DNA from: a virus
Lineage: Duplodnaviria > Caudoviricetes
DNA: 60,937 nucleotides
IMG/VR virus record: IMGVR_UViG_3300035670_000217
Location: 1 to 60,937 of that record
Direction: 5' to 3' (one strand)
Shown here: positions 60,598-60,937 of the stretch, in pieces
How positions within the stretch are numbered: position 1 is the stretch's first letter
How the letters are laid out: every line of letters begins with the position of its first letter
Made by a program: the position numbers and the translations under genes
Notes under the pieces: generated by a model
What the model was told of the DNA's origin: nothing
Seen by the model: only the letters and a program-made list of their open reading frames with translations
The model's database searches: none

Positions 60598-60854
60598 TGG
60601 GCGTTATTACGAGGACGATCAAGGATGCTACTTGTGACATCTGCATGGCTGAGTGCGGCGAGTATGACGGTGACATAGAAGTGCGCGTCAATAATGGCGA
60701 TGGCAAGGACGTAGGCCCCGCCTACATAACCGGGACCCTACGATTTTATCAGCCCTACGGCGTGAGCAGCGGCATCCTGTGCCGCGCATGCAAGTTGAAG
60801 TTCCTGACCCGTTACCTCAATGAACTCCGACGCCAGGCTGAGGAGGGGGAATGA
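60594..60854 (+). CDS. small zinc-binding protein
   Basis: CDIC...CRAC; lower GC; ends ELRRQAEEGE here, or ELRRQAEEASNDQGR if read through bases 1-167. Confidence 0.65.
   Translation: MMGVITRTIKDATCDICMAECGEYDGDIEVRVNNGDGKDVGPAYITGTLRFYQPYGVSSGILCRACKLKFLTRYLNELRRQAEEGE
60703..60829. repeat. 127-bp direct repeat, copy 2
   Basis: Identical to 1-127. Confidence 0.95.
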
Positions 60855-60937
60855 ACCGCGCCCAACGCCGGGCCGCCGAGAAGGCCCAGCGACACAACCG
60901 CGCCGCCGGAATGGGGCGCGCCGGGGTGGATCGCTAC
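60851..60937 (+). CDS. partial hypothetical gene (MNRAQRRAAEK...), truncated by the window end
   Basis: GAGGAGG RBS; ATGA coupling; NRAQRRA start common in phage proteins. Confidence 0.5.
   Translation, partial: MNRAQRRAAEKAQRHNRAAGMGRAGVDRY

Overview
The window is an essentially complete ~60.7-kb high-GC dsDNA phage genome. Bases 1-127 recur exactly at 60703-60829. The layout is podovirus-like and resembles Bcep22-like phages: terminase, portal, scaffold, CsrA-like protein, N4-gp56-type major capsid, tail adaptors, nozzle and fibre, ejection proteins, and a 5164-aa polyvalent DarB-like protein, followed by a holin/endolysin/spanin cassette. It also carries a lambda-O-like initiator with internal iterons, DnaC, DnaB, RuvC-like, RdgC, SSB, YqaJ/RecT, a DNA methyltransferase, two inteins, two HNH endonucleases, an Acb2-family anti-CBASS gene and an accessory region with repeated operator-bearing promoters. 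No integrase, tRNA or CRISPR array was recognised. A gammaproteobacterial, possibly Halomonas-like, host is inference only. The most notable observations are: (1) two overprinted genes inside the giant DarB-like gene, each with its own RBS and a codon-usage signature; (2) a CsrA-like gene followed by a capsid mRNA leader that can switch between an SD-occluding stem and a GGA-loop hairpin; (3) a repeated 20-bp 'ELRRQAE+SD' gene-junction linker, at which the two contig ends diverge into different downstream genes. All calls were made by eye with no database searches.
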